NCBI GenBank assembly: GCA_964557155.1
Contig: CAZKZC010000001.1
Coordinates: 1 to 57,443, forward strand
Direction: 5' to 3'
Length of the DNA stretch: 57,443 nucleotides
Origin: an uncultured Candidatus Saccharibacteria bacterium
Lineage (GTDB): Bacteria; Patescibacteriota; Minisyncoccia; Minisyncoccales; GWA2-38-27
In this document: positions 43,388-52,935 of the stretch, one piece after another
Layout: each line of letters opens with the position of its first letter
Position numbering within the stretch: the first letter of the stretch is position 1
Notes under the pieces: generated by a model
What the model was told of the DNA's origin: nothing
The model's database searches: none
Seen by the model: the letters and a program-made list of their open reading frames with translations, nothing else
Translations under genes and position numbers: made by a program

Positions 43388-45133
43388 ATGAAGATAGATC
43401 CTAAAGATTTAAAAAAGTTTATACTAGATGCTGGATTAATTAGCAAGCAACAATTTGAGAATGTTCAAAAGAAATCCAAAGCTAAGAAAAAAGACATAGA
43501 AATAATTTTACTTGAAGACGGATTGATGGATCAAGAAGATTTATCAAAGCTTAATGCCTACATTTTAGGCATCCCTTTTGTTTCGCTAAAAAAAGAGATT
43601 ATTGATTCAGAAATTTTAAAGATAATTCCTGAACCGATCGCCAGGAAGCATAACATTATTGCTTTTAGGAAAGATGGAACTAATTTAGAGGTGGCTATGC
43701 TTGACCCAGAAGATTTAAGAACAATAGATTTTATCAAAAAGAAAATTGGGCTTAAGATTTGTCCCCGCTTAACAAGTCCAGATAGTATTAAGAAGGTTTT
43801 AATGCAATATCATGAAACGCTTGAAGCAGAATTCGGAAATATTATTAAAAAAGAATCTGGTGGAATAAAGCAAATAAAAGAAAAGTCTGAAGACGATGAA
43901 AAAAACCTAAGAAAAGTTGCCAAAGAATTGCCTGTTATTAAAATTGTCGATACTCTTTTAAAGCATGCTGTTTTGCAGAGAGCTTCGGATATTCATATTG
44001 AACCAACAGAGAAAGAGGTCATTGTTCGTTATCGTATAGATGGTATTTTGCATGATGCTATGGTTTTGCCGAAACTAGTTCGGGCTGGGATTGTTGCCAG
44101 AATAAAGGTTCTTTCTGATTTAAAGCTTGACGAGCATCGTCTTCCACAAGACGGAAGATTTAAGATAGAAACAGGGGAATTTAAGTATTCTATTCGTGTT
44201 TCCATCCTTCCCACTTTTGCTGGCGAAAAGATTGTTATGCGTCTTTTGTCAGAAACTTCAAGAGCTTTTACCTTAGAAGTATTAGGATTTAGCGGTGATA
44301 CCTTGGAGGATCTTCAACATAATTTAAAAAAGCCAGTTGGTATGATTTTGGTCACCGGGCCTACCGGTTCTGGTAAAACGACGACTCTTTATTCAATGCT
44401 TGATATTCTTAACACCCCCGAGGTTAATATCTCTACAGTTGAAGATCCAATTGAATATAGAATGCAAAGAATCAATCAAACACAAACAAACGCTAAAATA
44501 GGTTTAACTTTTGCATCTGGCCTTCGTTCGCTGGTTAGGCAAGACCCCGATATTATAATGGTTGGAGAAATTAGAGATACCGAAACATCGTCTTTAGCTA
44601 TTAATGCTGCTCTAACGGGACATTTGGTTTTATCTACCCTGCACACAACAGACGCTGCCGGAGCTATTCCAAGATTGATTGATATGAAAGCAGAACCATT
44701 TTTGATTTCTTCTACTCTAAATGTAATTATTGCTCAAAGGTTAGTTAGACGCTTATGCTCTAATAGTGAAAAATATATCTTGAAAGACTCTGAAATTAAA
44801 GACCTATCTAAATCTTGTGATTTAGAAAAAGTTTTAAATGTTTTAATAAAAGAAAAAGTAGTGAAAGCAAATGCTACCTTTAAAGATATTCCTTTTTATA
44901 AGCCGGTTGCTTCAAAGAGTTGTGAAGATGGTTACAAGGGAAGAGTTGGAATTTACGAAGTCTTAAATGTAACAGAAACTATTAAAGAATTAATTGTTAA
45001 ACGAGCAACAAGCGACGAAATTCAAGCAAGAGCTCAGCAAGAAGGAATGAGAACAATGATGGAAGATGGCTTTATCAAAGCCGCTCAAGGTCAAACAACC
45101 ATAGAAGAAGTCCTCCGTGTAATCATGGAATAA
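43388..45133 (+). CDS. pilB: Type IV pilus / type II secretion assembly ATPase (PilB/GspE family)
   Basis: N-terminal GSPII_E-type domain, Walker A GPTGSGKTTTL, Asp box, Walker B DPDIIMVGEIRD, His box TGHLVLSTLHT. Confidence 0.92.
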   Translation: MKIDPKDLKKFILDAGLISKQQFENVQKKSKAKKKDIEIILLEDGLMDQEDLSKLNAYILGIPFVSLKKEIIDSEILKIIPEPIARKHNIIAFRKDGTNLEVAMLDPEDLRTIDFIKKKIGLKICPRLTSPDSIKKVLMQYHETLEAEFGNIIKKESGGIKQIKEKSEDDEKNLRKVAKELPVIKIVDTLLKHAVLQRASDIHIEPTEKEVIVRYRIDGILHDAMVLPKLVRAGIVARIKVLSDLKLDEHRLPQDGRFKIETGEFKYSIRVSILPTFAGEKIVMRLLSETSRAFTLEVLGFSGDTLEDLQHNLKKPVGMILVTGPTGSGKTTTLYSMLDILNTPEVNISTVEDPIEYRMQRINQTQTNAKIGLTFASGLRSLVRQDPDIIMVGEIRDTETSSLAINAALTGHLVLSTLHTTDAAGAIPRLIDMKAEPFLISSTLNVIIAQRLVRRLCSNSEKYILKDSEIKDLSKSCDLEKVLNVLIKEKVVKANATFKDIPFYKPVASKSCEDGYKGRVGIYEVLNVTETIKELIVKRATSDEIQARAQQEGMRTMMEDGFIKAAQGQTTIEEVLRVIME

Positions 45134-46350
45134 TGGCACGATATTTATATATTGCAAAAAATAGGAAGGGGGAATCACAGAAAGGAGTGATGGAAGCAAG
45201 AGACGAGCACGAGCTTGCTGGAATTCTTCGAGAAGAAGGATGTATTTTGATTAAAGCAGAGTTAGAAAGTCAAAAAATAAAAAGAAAATTCCCTGTTCAT
45301 TTTTTATTTTTTGGGAGAGTGTCTTTGGTTGAAAAAACAATGTTTACCAGAAATCTTAAAGTGATGGTTGCTTCAGGTATTCCTCTTCCGAGGGCCCTAG
45401 ATATTTTAATTGCCCAAAGTAAAAGTAAAAAATTTAAAAAGGTTATTTTAAAAATTAAAGAAGATGTTATTAAGGGTTTAGCTTTTTCTGATGCGGTGGC
45501 TAAGCATCCTAGTATTTTTCCAGAAGTTTTTAGCAATATGGTAAAAGTTGGTGAAGAAAGTGGAACCTTGGAAGATGTTCTAGAAGTTCTAACCAAGCAA
45601 ATGGAAAAGGAACACGAAATAAAATCCAGAGTGAAAGGAGCAATGATATACCCGGCTGTTATATTGGTAGCTATGTTCGGGATTGGGACATTGATGCTTA
45701 TCTTGGTCGTTCCAAAATTGTCCAAACTTTTTGATGATCTAAAAATGGAACTTCCTTTGTCAACGAGAGTAATTGTTGCCATCGGCAATTTTTTAAGTGC
45801 CTACTGGTATGCCATTCCAGTGGTAGTGGTGGCTTTAGTATTTTTAGTGAGAATCATTTTAAAGACCAAAATAGGCAAAAGAGGTTTTGATGCCATGATT
45901 CTAAAAATCCCTATTATCTCACCGATTATTAGGAAAATGTATTCGGCTAGAACGATTAGAACCCTCTCTTCTCTCATTTCTTCTGGGGTACCTATTGTTA
46001 GGTCGTTAGAGATTGTATCAGGGTCTTTGGAGAATATTTATTACAAGGAAGCGATAAAAAAATCATCAGAAAAAGTTAGAAAGGGAAGTAAATTGTCAGA
46101 AGCCTTGGAACCATATGATAATATTTATCCGACTTTAGTGATTCAAATGATAGCAGTTGGAGAAGAAACGGGAGAAACATCTTCTGTTCTTGCCAAGTTA
46201 GCTGATTTCTTTGAGCAAGAAGTTAACGAAGCTACAAAAAATTTATCATCCGTAATTGAGCCAATTTTGATGTTAATTATTGGAGCAGCCGTTGGGTTTT
46301 TTGCTATTTCAATGATCCAACCAATGTATTCCATGATGGAAGGAGTATGA
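45133..46350 (+). CDS. pilC: Type IV pilus platform protein (PilC/GspF family)
   Basis: Two GspF-type repeats and three TM segments; the start overlaps the pilB stop. Confidence 0.9.
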   Translation: MARYLYIAKNRKGESQKGVMEARDEHELAGILREEGCILIKAELESQKIKRKFPVHFLFFGRVSLVEKTMFTRNLKVMVASGIPLPRALDILIAQSKSKKFKKVILKIKEDVIKGLAFSDAVAKHPSIFPEVFSNMVKVGEESGTLEDVLEVLTKQMEKEHEIKSRVKGAMIYPAVILVAMFGIGTLMLILVVPKLSKLFDDLKMELPLSTRVIVAIGNFLSAYWYAIPVVVVALVFLVRIILKTKIGKRGFDAMILKIPIISPIIRKMYSARTIRTLSSLISSGVPIVRSLEIVSGSLENIYYKEAIKKSSEKVRKGSKLSEALEPYDNIYPTLVIQMIAVGEETGETSSVLAKLADFFEQEVNEATKNLSSVIEPILMLIIGAAVGFFAISMIQPMYSMMEGV

Positions 46351-47630
46351 CCAGGCAAAAAGCATTTACATTAATAGAAGTATTGGTCGGGACATTTTTG
46401 GTTCTGGTTGTTTTTTTGGGTATTTTTACTGCTTATCAATTAGGGCTGAAGGTTGTTGGACAGAGTAAGTATAAGATTACAGCAACAGCTATTGCTAGTG
46501 GTGAATTAGAGCAAATTAAAAATTTGTCTTATGATGTTATTGGAGTGATTGGAGGATTTCCAGAAGGAATTCTAGAAGCATCGAAAACTAAAAATATTAA
46601 TGGTATAGATTATACGGTTGATATAAGAGTGGATTATATAGTTGATACGGCTGATGGTATTTCATTTCCCGAAGATAATTGCCCTAATGATTATAAAAAA
46701 ATAGAAGTGAAGGTTTCTTGGACGGATTCTTTGTCGGGAGATGTTAAGTTAGTTGCCGACATTTCACCGGAAACTTTAGCTCAAGAATGTGATGAGGAGG
46801 GGGGAATTCTTTTGATTCAGGTCTTTGATGCTTATGGAATAATGATTGCTTCTCCGCTGATTGAAATAAAAGATCCCAACACGGATCAAACTATAAAAAT
46901 GGTAACTCCTGACGATGGATCTCATTTCTTTTCGTTATCGCCTAACAATTATAAAGTGGTTATAACTAAATCTGGCAACAGCACATCAAGAACTTATGGT
47001 ATTGAAGAAGTAACTAATCCAGAAAAACCACATCCGATTGTTTTGGATGGTCAGCTTACTGAAGTAAGTTTTTCCATTGATAGATTGAGTTCAATGACCA
47101 TTGAAACTGTTGGACCTGAAGAACTAGAGTATCCAATTATTTCAAACGCTGGTTTTTATTTAACAGGAGCAAAATTAATCGGTACAGATATTAATGAAGA
47201 CCCTGTTTATAAGTATTCTGAATATCAGATAACCAATGAATCTGGTCAGGTAGCAATTTCTAATTTAGAATGGGATTCGTATGCTTTTCTTCTGGATAAT
47301 TTTAATCTAATAGATCCTATAGGGTCGGTTGGCTTAGCTCCTAACGAAAACAAAACGGTTAGATTGGTTTTGCAGGCAGACAACTCTCTTTTAGTTACCG
47401 TTCAAGACCTTGAAACTAGTGAGCCCATTTTTTCAGCTGAAACTAGATTGATTGGTTCGGAATACGATATTATTCAATATACTGACGAAGATGGAAAAAC
47501 TTATTATATACCTCTTGGATCAGCTGTTTACAATATAGACATAGTTGCCCCTGGATATAATACCTATTCGGGATCGGTTTCTGTCTCTGGAGATACGACA
47601 AAAGTAATTAATCTTCAACGGATAGAATAA
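46347..47630 (+). CDS. Large prepilin-type protein (427 aa)
   Basis: MTRQKAFTLIEVLVGTFLV class III signal (Ala at -1, Glu at +5), followed by a beta-rich ~390-aa body. Confidence 0.8.
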   Translation: MTRQKAFTLIEVLVGTFLVLVVFLGIFTAYQLGLKVVGQSKYKITATAIASGELEQIKNLSYDVIGVIGGFPEGILEASKTKNINGIDYTVDIRVDYIVDTADGISFPEDNCPNDYKKIEVKVSWTDSLSGDVKLVADISPETLAQECDEEGGILLIQVFDAYGIMIASPLIEIKDPNTDQTIKMVTPDDGSHFFSLSPNNYKVVITKSGNSTSRTYGIEEVTNPEKPHPIVLDGQLTEVSFSIDRLSSMTIETVGPEELEYPIISNAGFYLTGAKLIGTDINEDPVYKYSEYQITNESGQVAISNLEWDSYAFLLDNFNLIDPIGSVGLAPNENKTVRLVLQADNSLLVTVQDLETSEPIFSAETRLIGSEYDIIQYTDEDGKTYYIPLGSAVYNIDIVAPGYNTYSGSVSVSGDTTKVINLQRIE

Positions 47631-47632
47631 TC

Positions 47633-48604
47633 ATGAAAGGTTTTACATTAATAGAAACATTAATCGCCGTAGCCATTTTAGTTTTATTAACGGGAATAAT
47701 TTTTGGCTCTATTGTTTTATTATATAAGTCTCAATCTTTTGCTTGGCAACAATCATTAGCTCTTGATGAAGCAAGAATGGGAATAAAAACAATGGTTAGG
47801 GAAATAAGAGAAGCCAGATTTGGAGACGACGGTTCTTATCCTATTGAGAAAGCTGATGATAAAGAGTTTATTTTTTATGCTGATATTGATAAAGATGGAG
47901 AAACAGAGAAAGTCAGATATTTTATTGGAGCAGCTGAAACGGGAAGTCAAACACAAGAATGTGTTTCGTTTGCTGATGGCGGTTCTTGCAATATTACTTT
48001 TACAGATTTTTTTCAAGGAACACCCGTTTCGGCCCAAATCAAAGTTTCTGTAGAAGGAGATTTTGGTTGGGATGGTCAAGAATATGCTGATGTTTATGCC
48101 GATGGCTCAAGTTTAAGTAGGGTTTGTAATACTGGCTGTTCTGATTGTCCGGGAATTTGGCAAGGAGATGTTATTTTTGATATAACTGACCATGCCGTGG
48201 ATAATTATTTAGATATTTTAATAGATTCTAATTATAGAGTTAATGATATTTGTAATTGGCAGAATCCTAATCACTCGATGAAAGTCAAAGTTGAACTTAA
48301 TTGGGAAGAAGATAATCCAGAGCTAGATCATTTATTTAAAAAAGGAATAACTAATCCAACAACAAGCCCTATTTCTTATCCGACAGAATCAGAAGAAGTG
48401 ACTATTATAAGTTCTTATGTTCGAAATACTCCGCCTATTTTTAAGTATTATAATGCTGATGGAAATGAAATAACGGAGCATCCCATCAGACTATCTGACA
48501 CTAAAGTTATGAAAGTGCATTTAGTTGTTAATGTTAATCCGAATCATCAACCAGGCGATGTAGAATTAGAATCTTACATCCAGCTCCGCAACTTAAAAGA
48601 ATAA
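47633..48604 (+). CDS. Prepilin-type protein (323 aa)
   Basis: MKGFTLIETLIAVAIL: canonical G|FTLIE cleavage/methylation motif. Confidence 0.85.
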   Translation: MKGFTLIETLIAVAILVLLTGIIFGSIVLLYKSQSFAWQQSLALDEARMGIKTMVREIREARFGDDGSYPIEKADDKEFIFYADIDKDGETEKVRYFIGAAETGSQTQECVSFADGGSCNITFTDFFQGTPVSAQIKVSVEGDFGWDGQEYADVYADGSSLSRVCNTGCSDCPGIWQGDVIFDITDHAVDNYLDILIDSNYRVNDICNWQNPNHSMKVKVELNWEEDNPELDHLFKKGITNPTTSPISYPTESEEVTIISSYVRNTPPIFKYYNADGNEITEHPIRLSDTKVMKVHLVVNVNPNHQPGDVELESYIQLRNLKE

Positions 48605-48608
48605 ACTT

Positions 48609-49973
48609 ATGAATAAAGGATCAATAATTGCTATAGTTTTGGTTTTTGGGGCAATCTTTTTGATTTTAATCGGAGGTTTGTTTAGTTTTATTCTTTTTCA
48701 AATGAGAGCCAATGCTCAAAGATTGGCCTGGAATCAGGCATTATATGTCGCTGAATCGGGAGTTGCTTATTATAAGTGGTGTCTTAACAATGGAGTTGAG
48801 GGAGAGTGTAGCACTGGGAAAGAGTATTTTGACATACAAGGAAATTCTCTCGGTCAGTTTTCCTTAAATATAGATGAATCAATAAATTGTGGCGAAACAA
48901 CAGAAAGAAACATTTATTCTTCTGGATGGACTGATAAATTTGCTAATACCAAAAGAGAGATTAAGGTCACTTATGGAAGATTGTCGGTGGCTAAGTTCGC
49001 CTATCTTTTAAATGATAGTGTTTGGGCTGGAGCTGATAGAGAAATTAGAGGCCATTATCATTCTAATGGTGGTGTTAGAATGGATGGAGAGAATCAATCT
49101 ATAGTAAGTTCAGCTCTAGAATCGTGGACTTGTACTAGCTCTTTTGGCTGTAGTCCTAACTCTACTCAAGACGGAGTATTCTCTACAAGTGGCAATGCTA
49201 ACGAAGATCTCTTTGAATTTCCTGTTCCCTCTTTTGATTTTGACGGGATAACAATTGATTTGGCTAATATAAAAAGCAAATCTCAAACAAGCGGAACTTA
49301 CCTTCCTCCGTCTATTGATATAAATTCTTCAGCAGATGGCTATCATTTAATATTTAATAACGATGGAACTGTTGAGGTGAGAATTATAACTCGTCTTTAT
49401 AGTGATTGGGCTTATGACACAGAAGAGGGTTGGCATTATGATTATTTCAGAATTCGTGACGAATATTTTTATAACACATATAATATTGATGATTCCTGCT
49501 CGGTTATGTTTGTTGAAGATAATATTTGGATAGAAGGAGGAGTCAATAAAAAAGTTACTACGGCTTCGGCTAACCTAATTGATCCCAATAAAGACACAAA
49601 TATAATTTTAGTTGATAATATAGATTATGTTGATAAGGATGGGACAGATGGATTTGCCGCCATAGCTGAAAATAATATTTTAATTAGTCCGTCTTCTCCA
49701 AATCAAATGGAGATTAGGGGAGTTTTTGTTGCTCAAAAGGGGCATTTTGGGAGAAACCATTATCCAAATAATTTTAGAGACAAATTAGAAATAGTTGGTT
49801 CAATAGTTAGTAATGGTAGAGTAGGAACTCAATGGACTTCGGGAAGTTATCCTGTCTCTGGTTATTTAGAAAGAGAGAATTATAATGATACTAAATTAAT
49901 TTATAACCCTTGCCCTTTCGTTCCCTACGCTGAGTATGATTTCAAAATAATCAATTGGGAAGAATTAGAATAA
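48609..49973 (+). CDS. PilX-like minor-pilin-type protein (454 aa) with N-terminal hydrophobic helix
   Basis: MNKGSIIAIVLVFGAIFLILIGGLFSF with no G/FTLIE motif. Its position in the pilin block is the main argument. Confidence 0.6.
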   Translation: MNKGSIIAIVLVFGAIFLILIGGLFSFILFQMRANAQRLAWNQALYVAESGVAYYKWCLNNGVEGECSTGKEYFDIQGNSLGQFSLNIDESINCGETTERNIYSSGWTDKFANTKREIKVTYGRLSVAKFAYLLNDSVWAGADREIRGHYHSNGGVRMDGENQSIVSSALESWTCTSSFGCSPNSTQDGVFSTSGNANEDLFEFPVPSFDFDGITIDLANIKSKSQTSGTYLPPSIDINSSADGYHLIFNNDGTVEVRIITRLYSDWAYDTEEGWHYDYFRIRDEYFYNTYNIDDSCSVMFVEDNIWIEGGVNKKVTTASANLIDPNKDTNIILVDNIDYVDKDGTDGFAAIAENNILISPSSPNQMEIRGVFVAQKGHFGRNHYPNNFRDKLEIVGSIVSNGRVGTQWTSGSYPVSGYLERENYNDTKLIYNPCPFVPYAEYDFKIINWEELE

Positions 49974-49991
49974 GTATGGTATAATAAAACA

Positions 49992-51092
49992 ATGAAATTT
50001 TTATCTTTAAATCCTGAGGCGTTCGGAATGGATTTTTCCGATTTACGATTAAGAATTGTTAAATTTGAAAAAAGAGGCAAGTTTTTTGATTTGGTTTCGT
50101 GGAACGAAAAGACAATACCAGAAGGTATTATTAAAGATGGAGAGATATTAGACAGGGAAAAACTGGTGCTAATTATTAAAAATATAGTGGACAAGGCAAG
50201 AGGACGGAGAATAACAGTTAAATATGTCGTTGCTTCCCTGCCCGAACAAAAAGCCTTTTTGCAGGTGATTAAAGTTCCTAAAATGGATAAAGATGAATTA
50301 AAAACTGCTATTCCGTTTGAAATAGAAAACTATATTCCTGTGCCAATAGATCAGGTTTATTTAGATTATGAATTAATTTCTCCTGAATTCAATAACGCAA
50401 AAAATCTAGATGTTTTAATTGGGGCGATGCCCAAAAATATAGTTGATTCATATTCATATTGTATAAAAGAAGCCGGATTAATACCCAAAGCCCTAGAGGT
50501 TGAATCACAATCTATAGCAAGAGTTTTGATTAAAAATCATATTAGTTTCTCTCCAGTTCTTATTATAGATTTTGGTAAAAGTACGACTAGCTTCATAGTT
50601 TTTTCAGGTTGTTCTTTGCGTTTTACTTCTTCTATTGATATATCGTCTCAAGACTTAACTCAAGCTATTTCTCAAAAATTAGGCATAACATTAGATGAGG
50701 CGGAAAATCTTAAATTAAAATATGGCTTAGAGATTTCTGACAAAAGTGCGAGGAATAAAAAAGTTGTAGAAGCAATAACTCCTTTAATTATTGATCTAAT
50801 TAAGCAAACTAGAAAATATATTGACTACTATCATACGCATTCAAATAATATGCCTATTTCTGAGGGTGGAGGAGAAATAGAGAAAGTGCTTTTATGCGGT
50901 TTGGGTACTAATCTGAAAGGTTTATCTAAGTTTATCTCCCGAGAACTTGGCATCAAAGCTGAGATTGCTAATCCTTGGATAAATATATTTCCAGAATTAA
51001 ATAAAAAAATCCCTAAAATATCTTTCAAAGAATCTCTTGGCTATACAACAGCCATGGGATTAGCTCTATGTGGAATTCAAGAAGAAATATGA
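49992..51092 (+). CDS. pilM: Type IV pilus assembly protein PilM (actin-like ATPase fold)
   Basis: Length, position before pilN/pilO and actin-like segments (IIDFGKSTTSF, LCGLGTNLKGL). TGgTATAAT (-10 at 49980-49985) lies 6 nt before the ATG. Confidence 0.8.
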   Translation: MKFLSLNPEAFGMDFSDLRLRIVKFEKRGKFFDLVSWNEKTIPEGIIKDGEILDREKLVLIIKNIVDKARGRRITVKYVVASLPEQKAFLQVIKVPKMDKDELKTAIPFEIENYIPVPIDQVYLDYELISPEFNNAKNLDVLIGAMPKNIVDSYSYCIKEAGLIPKALEVESQSIARVLIKNHISFSPVLIIDFGKSTTSFIVFSGCSLRFTSSIDISSQDLTQAISQKLGITLDEAENLKLKYGLEISDKSARNKKVVEAITPLIIDLIKQTRKYIDYYHTHSNNMPISEGGGEIEKVLLCGLGTNLKGLSKFISRELGIKAEIANPWINIFPELNKKIPKISFKESLGYTTAMGLALCGIQEEI

Positions 51093-51667
51093 TTAATTTA
51101 TTACCACAAAAAGATAAAGAGAAGTTATTGATTGGTAAAAACAAAAGAATGTCTATTATTCTTTGCTTTCTGATTTTGTTTTTCCTTATTTATTTAATAA
51201 TAGCCTTGTTCATAGTTAAAATTTATTTAAACGGACAACTTGCCTCAAACAAAGTTTTTTTAGAAGAAAGTGAAAAACAATTTTCACAATCAGAAACTCA
51301 AGAGCTTCAAGATAAAATTGAGTCAGCTAATAAATCTTTTAGTGGCTTAAATTCTTTTTATGATAAGAAGGTATATTTTTCTAAACTATTGGAGAAAATT
51401 GCCGTAATTTTTCCGGAGAATTTTTACTTAACAAATTTTTCAATTATGCTTGATGTTAAAGAGAAGAAAGAGGAAAATGTGGTTGTAGAAACAACAAGAA
51501 CCATCAGGGCTTCTCTCTCGGGATTTGCTCCAACAAGAGAAGAATTACTTACTTTTAAAGAGAATCTTGAAAAGGATGGTAGTTTTGAAAATATTTCCTT
51601 TCCTATATCAAATTGGGCTAGCAAAGAGAACATCAATTTCTATGTAACTTTTGATATCTCTATATGA
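51089..51667 (+). CDS. pilN: PilN-like bitopic protein
   Basis: MINLLPQKDKEK (the conserved INLLP start), one TM helix, ATGA overlap with pilM. The listed ORF starts at 51068. Confidence 0.8.
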   Translation: MINLLPQKDKEKLLIGKNKRMSIILCFLILFFLIYLIIALFIVKIYLNGQLASNKVFLEESEKQFSQSETQELQDKIESANKSFSGLNSFYDKKVYFSKLLEKIAVIFPENFYLTNFSIMLDVKEKKEENVVVETTRTIRASLSGFAPTREELLTFKENLEKDGSFENISFPISNWASKENINFYVTFDISI

Positions 51668-52203
51668 ATACAAAAAAACAAATAATATTATTTTGGGGGA
51701 TTTGTTTGATAACGGCTTTTGTAATAATCTGGGTTTTTATAGTTCCCCTATTCGGAACAATTAGGCAAATTTCAATTGGGCTTGCTGGCGTGAAAAAAGA
51801 ATTAATCATAATCCATGAAAAAACAGGAGAAATAGATGAAGCTGAAAGTGTTTGTGATAGAATAGACCCGGATTTACAAAAAATAGAAAATCTTTTTGTT
51901 GATAAAGATGTTCCAGTAAAGGCAATAGAATTCTTAGAGAATATAGCTGTTGCCGTAGATCTTCCTATTGAAATCTATCCCATATCTTTAAGCGATTACG
52001 AAGATGAAATTTGGGATTTCGTTAGTTTTCGTCTAAGTGCGCGTGGTTCATACATTAACTTTATGAGGTTTTTGGAAAAAATGGAAGCGGGGCCATTTTT
52101 GATTGAGATATATAATTTATCTGTGAGAGAAATATCAAGCAGTGAAGATTCTCTTTCTAATAATGTTGACACCGTTTTAACAATCAAGGTGTTTACGAAA
52201 TAA
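51664..52203 (+). CDS. pilO: PilO-like bitopic protein
   Basis: One N-terminal TM helix and a coiled segment; overlaps the pilN stop. The call rests on position and architecture. Confidence 0.6.
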   Translation: MNTKKQIILFWGICLITAFVIIWVFIVPLFGTIRQISIGLAGVKKELIIIHEKTGEIDEAESVCDRIDPDLQKIENLFVDKDVPVKAIEFLENIAVAVDLPIEIYPISLSDYEDEIWDFVSFRLSARGSYINFMRFLEKMEAGPFLIEIYNLSVREISSSEDSLSNNVDTVLTIKVFTK

Positions 52204-52204
52204 T

Positions 52205-52519
52205 ATGAAGTTAAAAAAGATAGAAAAAATTGAAATTAAAAAAACAGAAAGATTTTTTAGAAAAGTGCCTTTGTTTATAGCTAAGCATATTTTCGAATTT
52301 TCCTTAATTGCTTTATTCTTGTCTCTTGCTATAGGGGTGATTGTTTTTTATAAATACAATATCTTAGATCAAAGAATAGATTTGAATGATTTACCTCAGA
52401 CATGTTTTTTAGAAGAAAATTCTTATCAAAGAATCTTAGATGTATGGGAAGAGAACGAGCAGATGTTTAACCAAGCCGATTCCAGAAACTATCGTAATAT
52501 ATTTTCAACTAAAGATTGA
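52205..52519 (+). CDS. Small membrane-anchored protein, last gene of the pilus cluster
   Basis: One TM helix (FEFSLIALFLSLAIGVIVFY); starts 1 nt after the pilO stop. Confidence 0.55.
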   Translation: MKLKKIEKIEIKKTERFFRKVPLFIAKHIFEFSLIALFLSLAIGVIVFYKYNILDQRIDLNDLPQTCFLEENSYQRILDVWEENEQMFNQADSRNYRNIFSTKD

Positions 52520-52544
52520 CTAAGCATTAAATTCGGAGTATAAT
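52516..52544 (+). promoter_or_regulatory. Promoter for the tRNA-Arg/tRNA-His unit
   Basis: TTGACT (52516-52521), 17-nt spacer, TATAAT (52539-52544). Confidence 0.65.
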
Positions 52545-52572
52545 CTCCTATATGGAAACTTTTAAGGTTTCC

Positions 52573-52616
52573 ATCGGGCTCGACCCGATACAAAACTTTT
52601 TTGAAGTTTTGTCGGG
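52573..52616. repeat. Palindromic module (two adjacent hairpins) in the tRNA-Arg(UCU) leader
   Basis: atcgggctcgacccgat + acaaaactt-ttttg-aagttttgt. Its reverse complement matches 54065-54101 (shared TCAAAAAAGTTTT and TCGAGC). Confidence 0.7.
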
Positions 52617-52629
52617 TACAGAGCAATAT

Positions 52630-52701
52630 GTCCCCGTGGTTCAACGGATAGAACATGGGATTTCTAATCCTATGATGGGGGTTCGATTCCCTCCGGGGAC
52701 A
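52630..52701 (+). tRNA. tRNA-Arg (UCU)
   Basis: Acceptor GTCCCCG/CGGGGAC, anticodon loop TTTCTAA, T arm GGGGG-TTCGATT-CCCTC. Confidence 0.9.
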
Positions 52702-52709
52702 CATGACAT

Positions 52710-52786
52710 GGCGGTCGTAGTGTAGTGGCCTAGCACAAGAGTTTGTGGAACTCTTAGGGGGAGTTCGAATCTCCTCGACCGCCCCA
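52710..52786 (+). tRNA. tRNA-His (GUG) with encoded G-1 and CCA
   Basis: G-1 plus GCGGTCG/CGACCGC, C73, CCA, anticodon loop TTGTGGA, T arm GGGAG-TTCGAAT-CTCCT. Confidence 0.9.
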
Positions 52787-52794
52787 TTAAAATT

Positions 52795-52935
52795 ATGGAA
52801 TTTTTGAATTTTAGAATATCAACACTATCTGGAATTATTATCCTGCTTATAATCTCTTTTGCTGTTGGCTTGGCTATTCAGCATCAGATGAAGGAAATTA
52901 TGTCTATCCGCATTCAAGCCCTTCAAATGGAGTGA
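52795..52935 (+). CDS. Possible 46-aa single-helix peptide
   Basis: MEFLNFRISTLSGIIILLIISFAVGLAIQHQ... It has no SD and no promoter of its own, and it abuts the htrA-like stop. Confidence 0.2.
   Translation: MEFLNFRISTLSGIIILLIISFAVGLAIQHQMKEIMSIRIQALQME

Noticed and set aside
45297-45788. 163-aa minus-strand ORF
   Set aside because: It is antisense to pilC and is a shadow frame.
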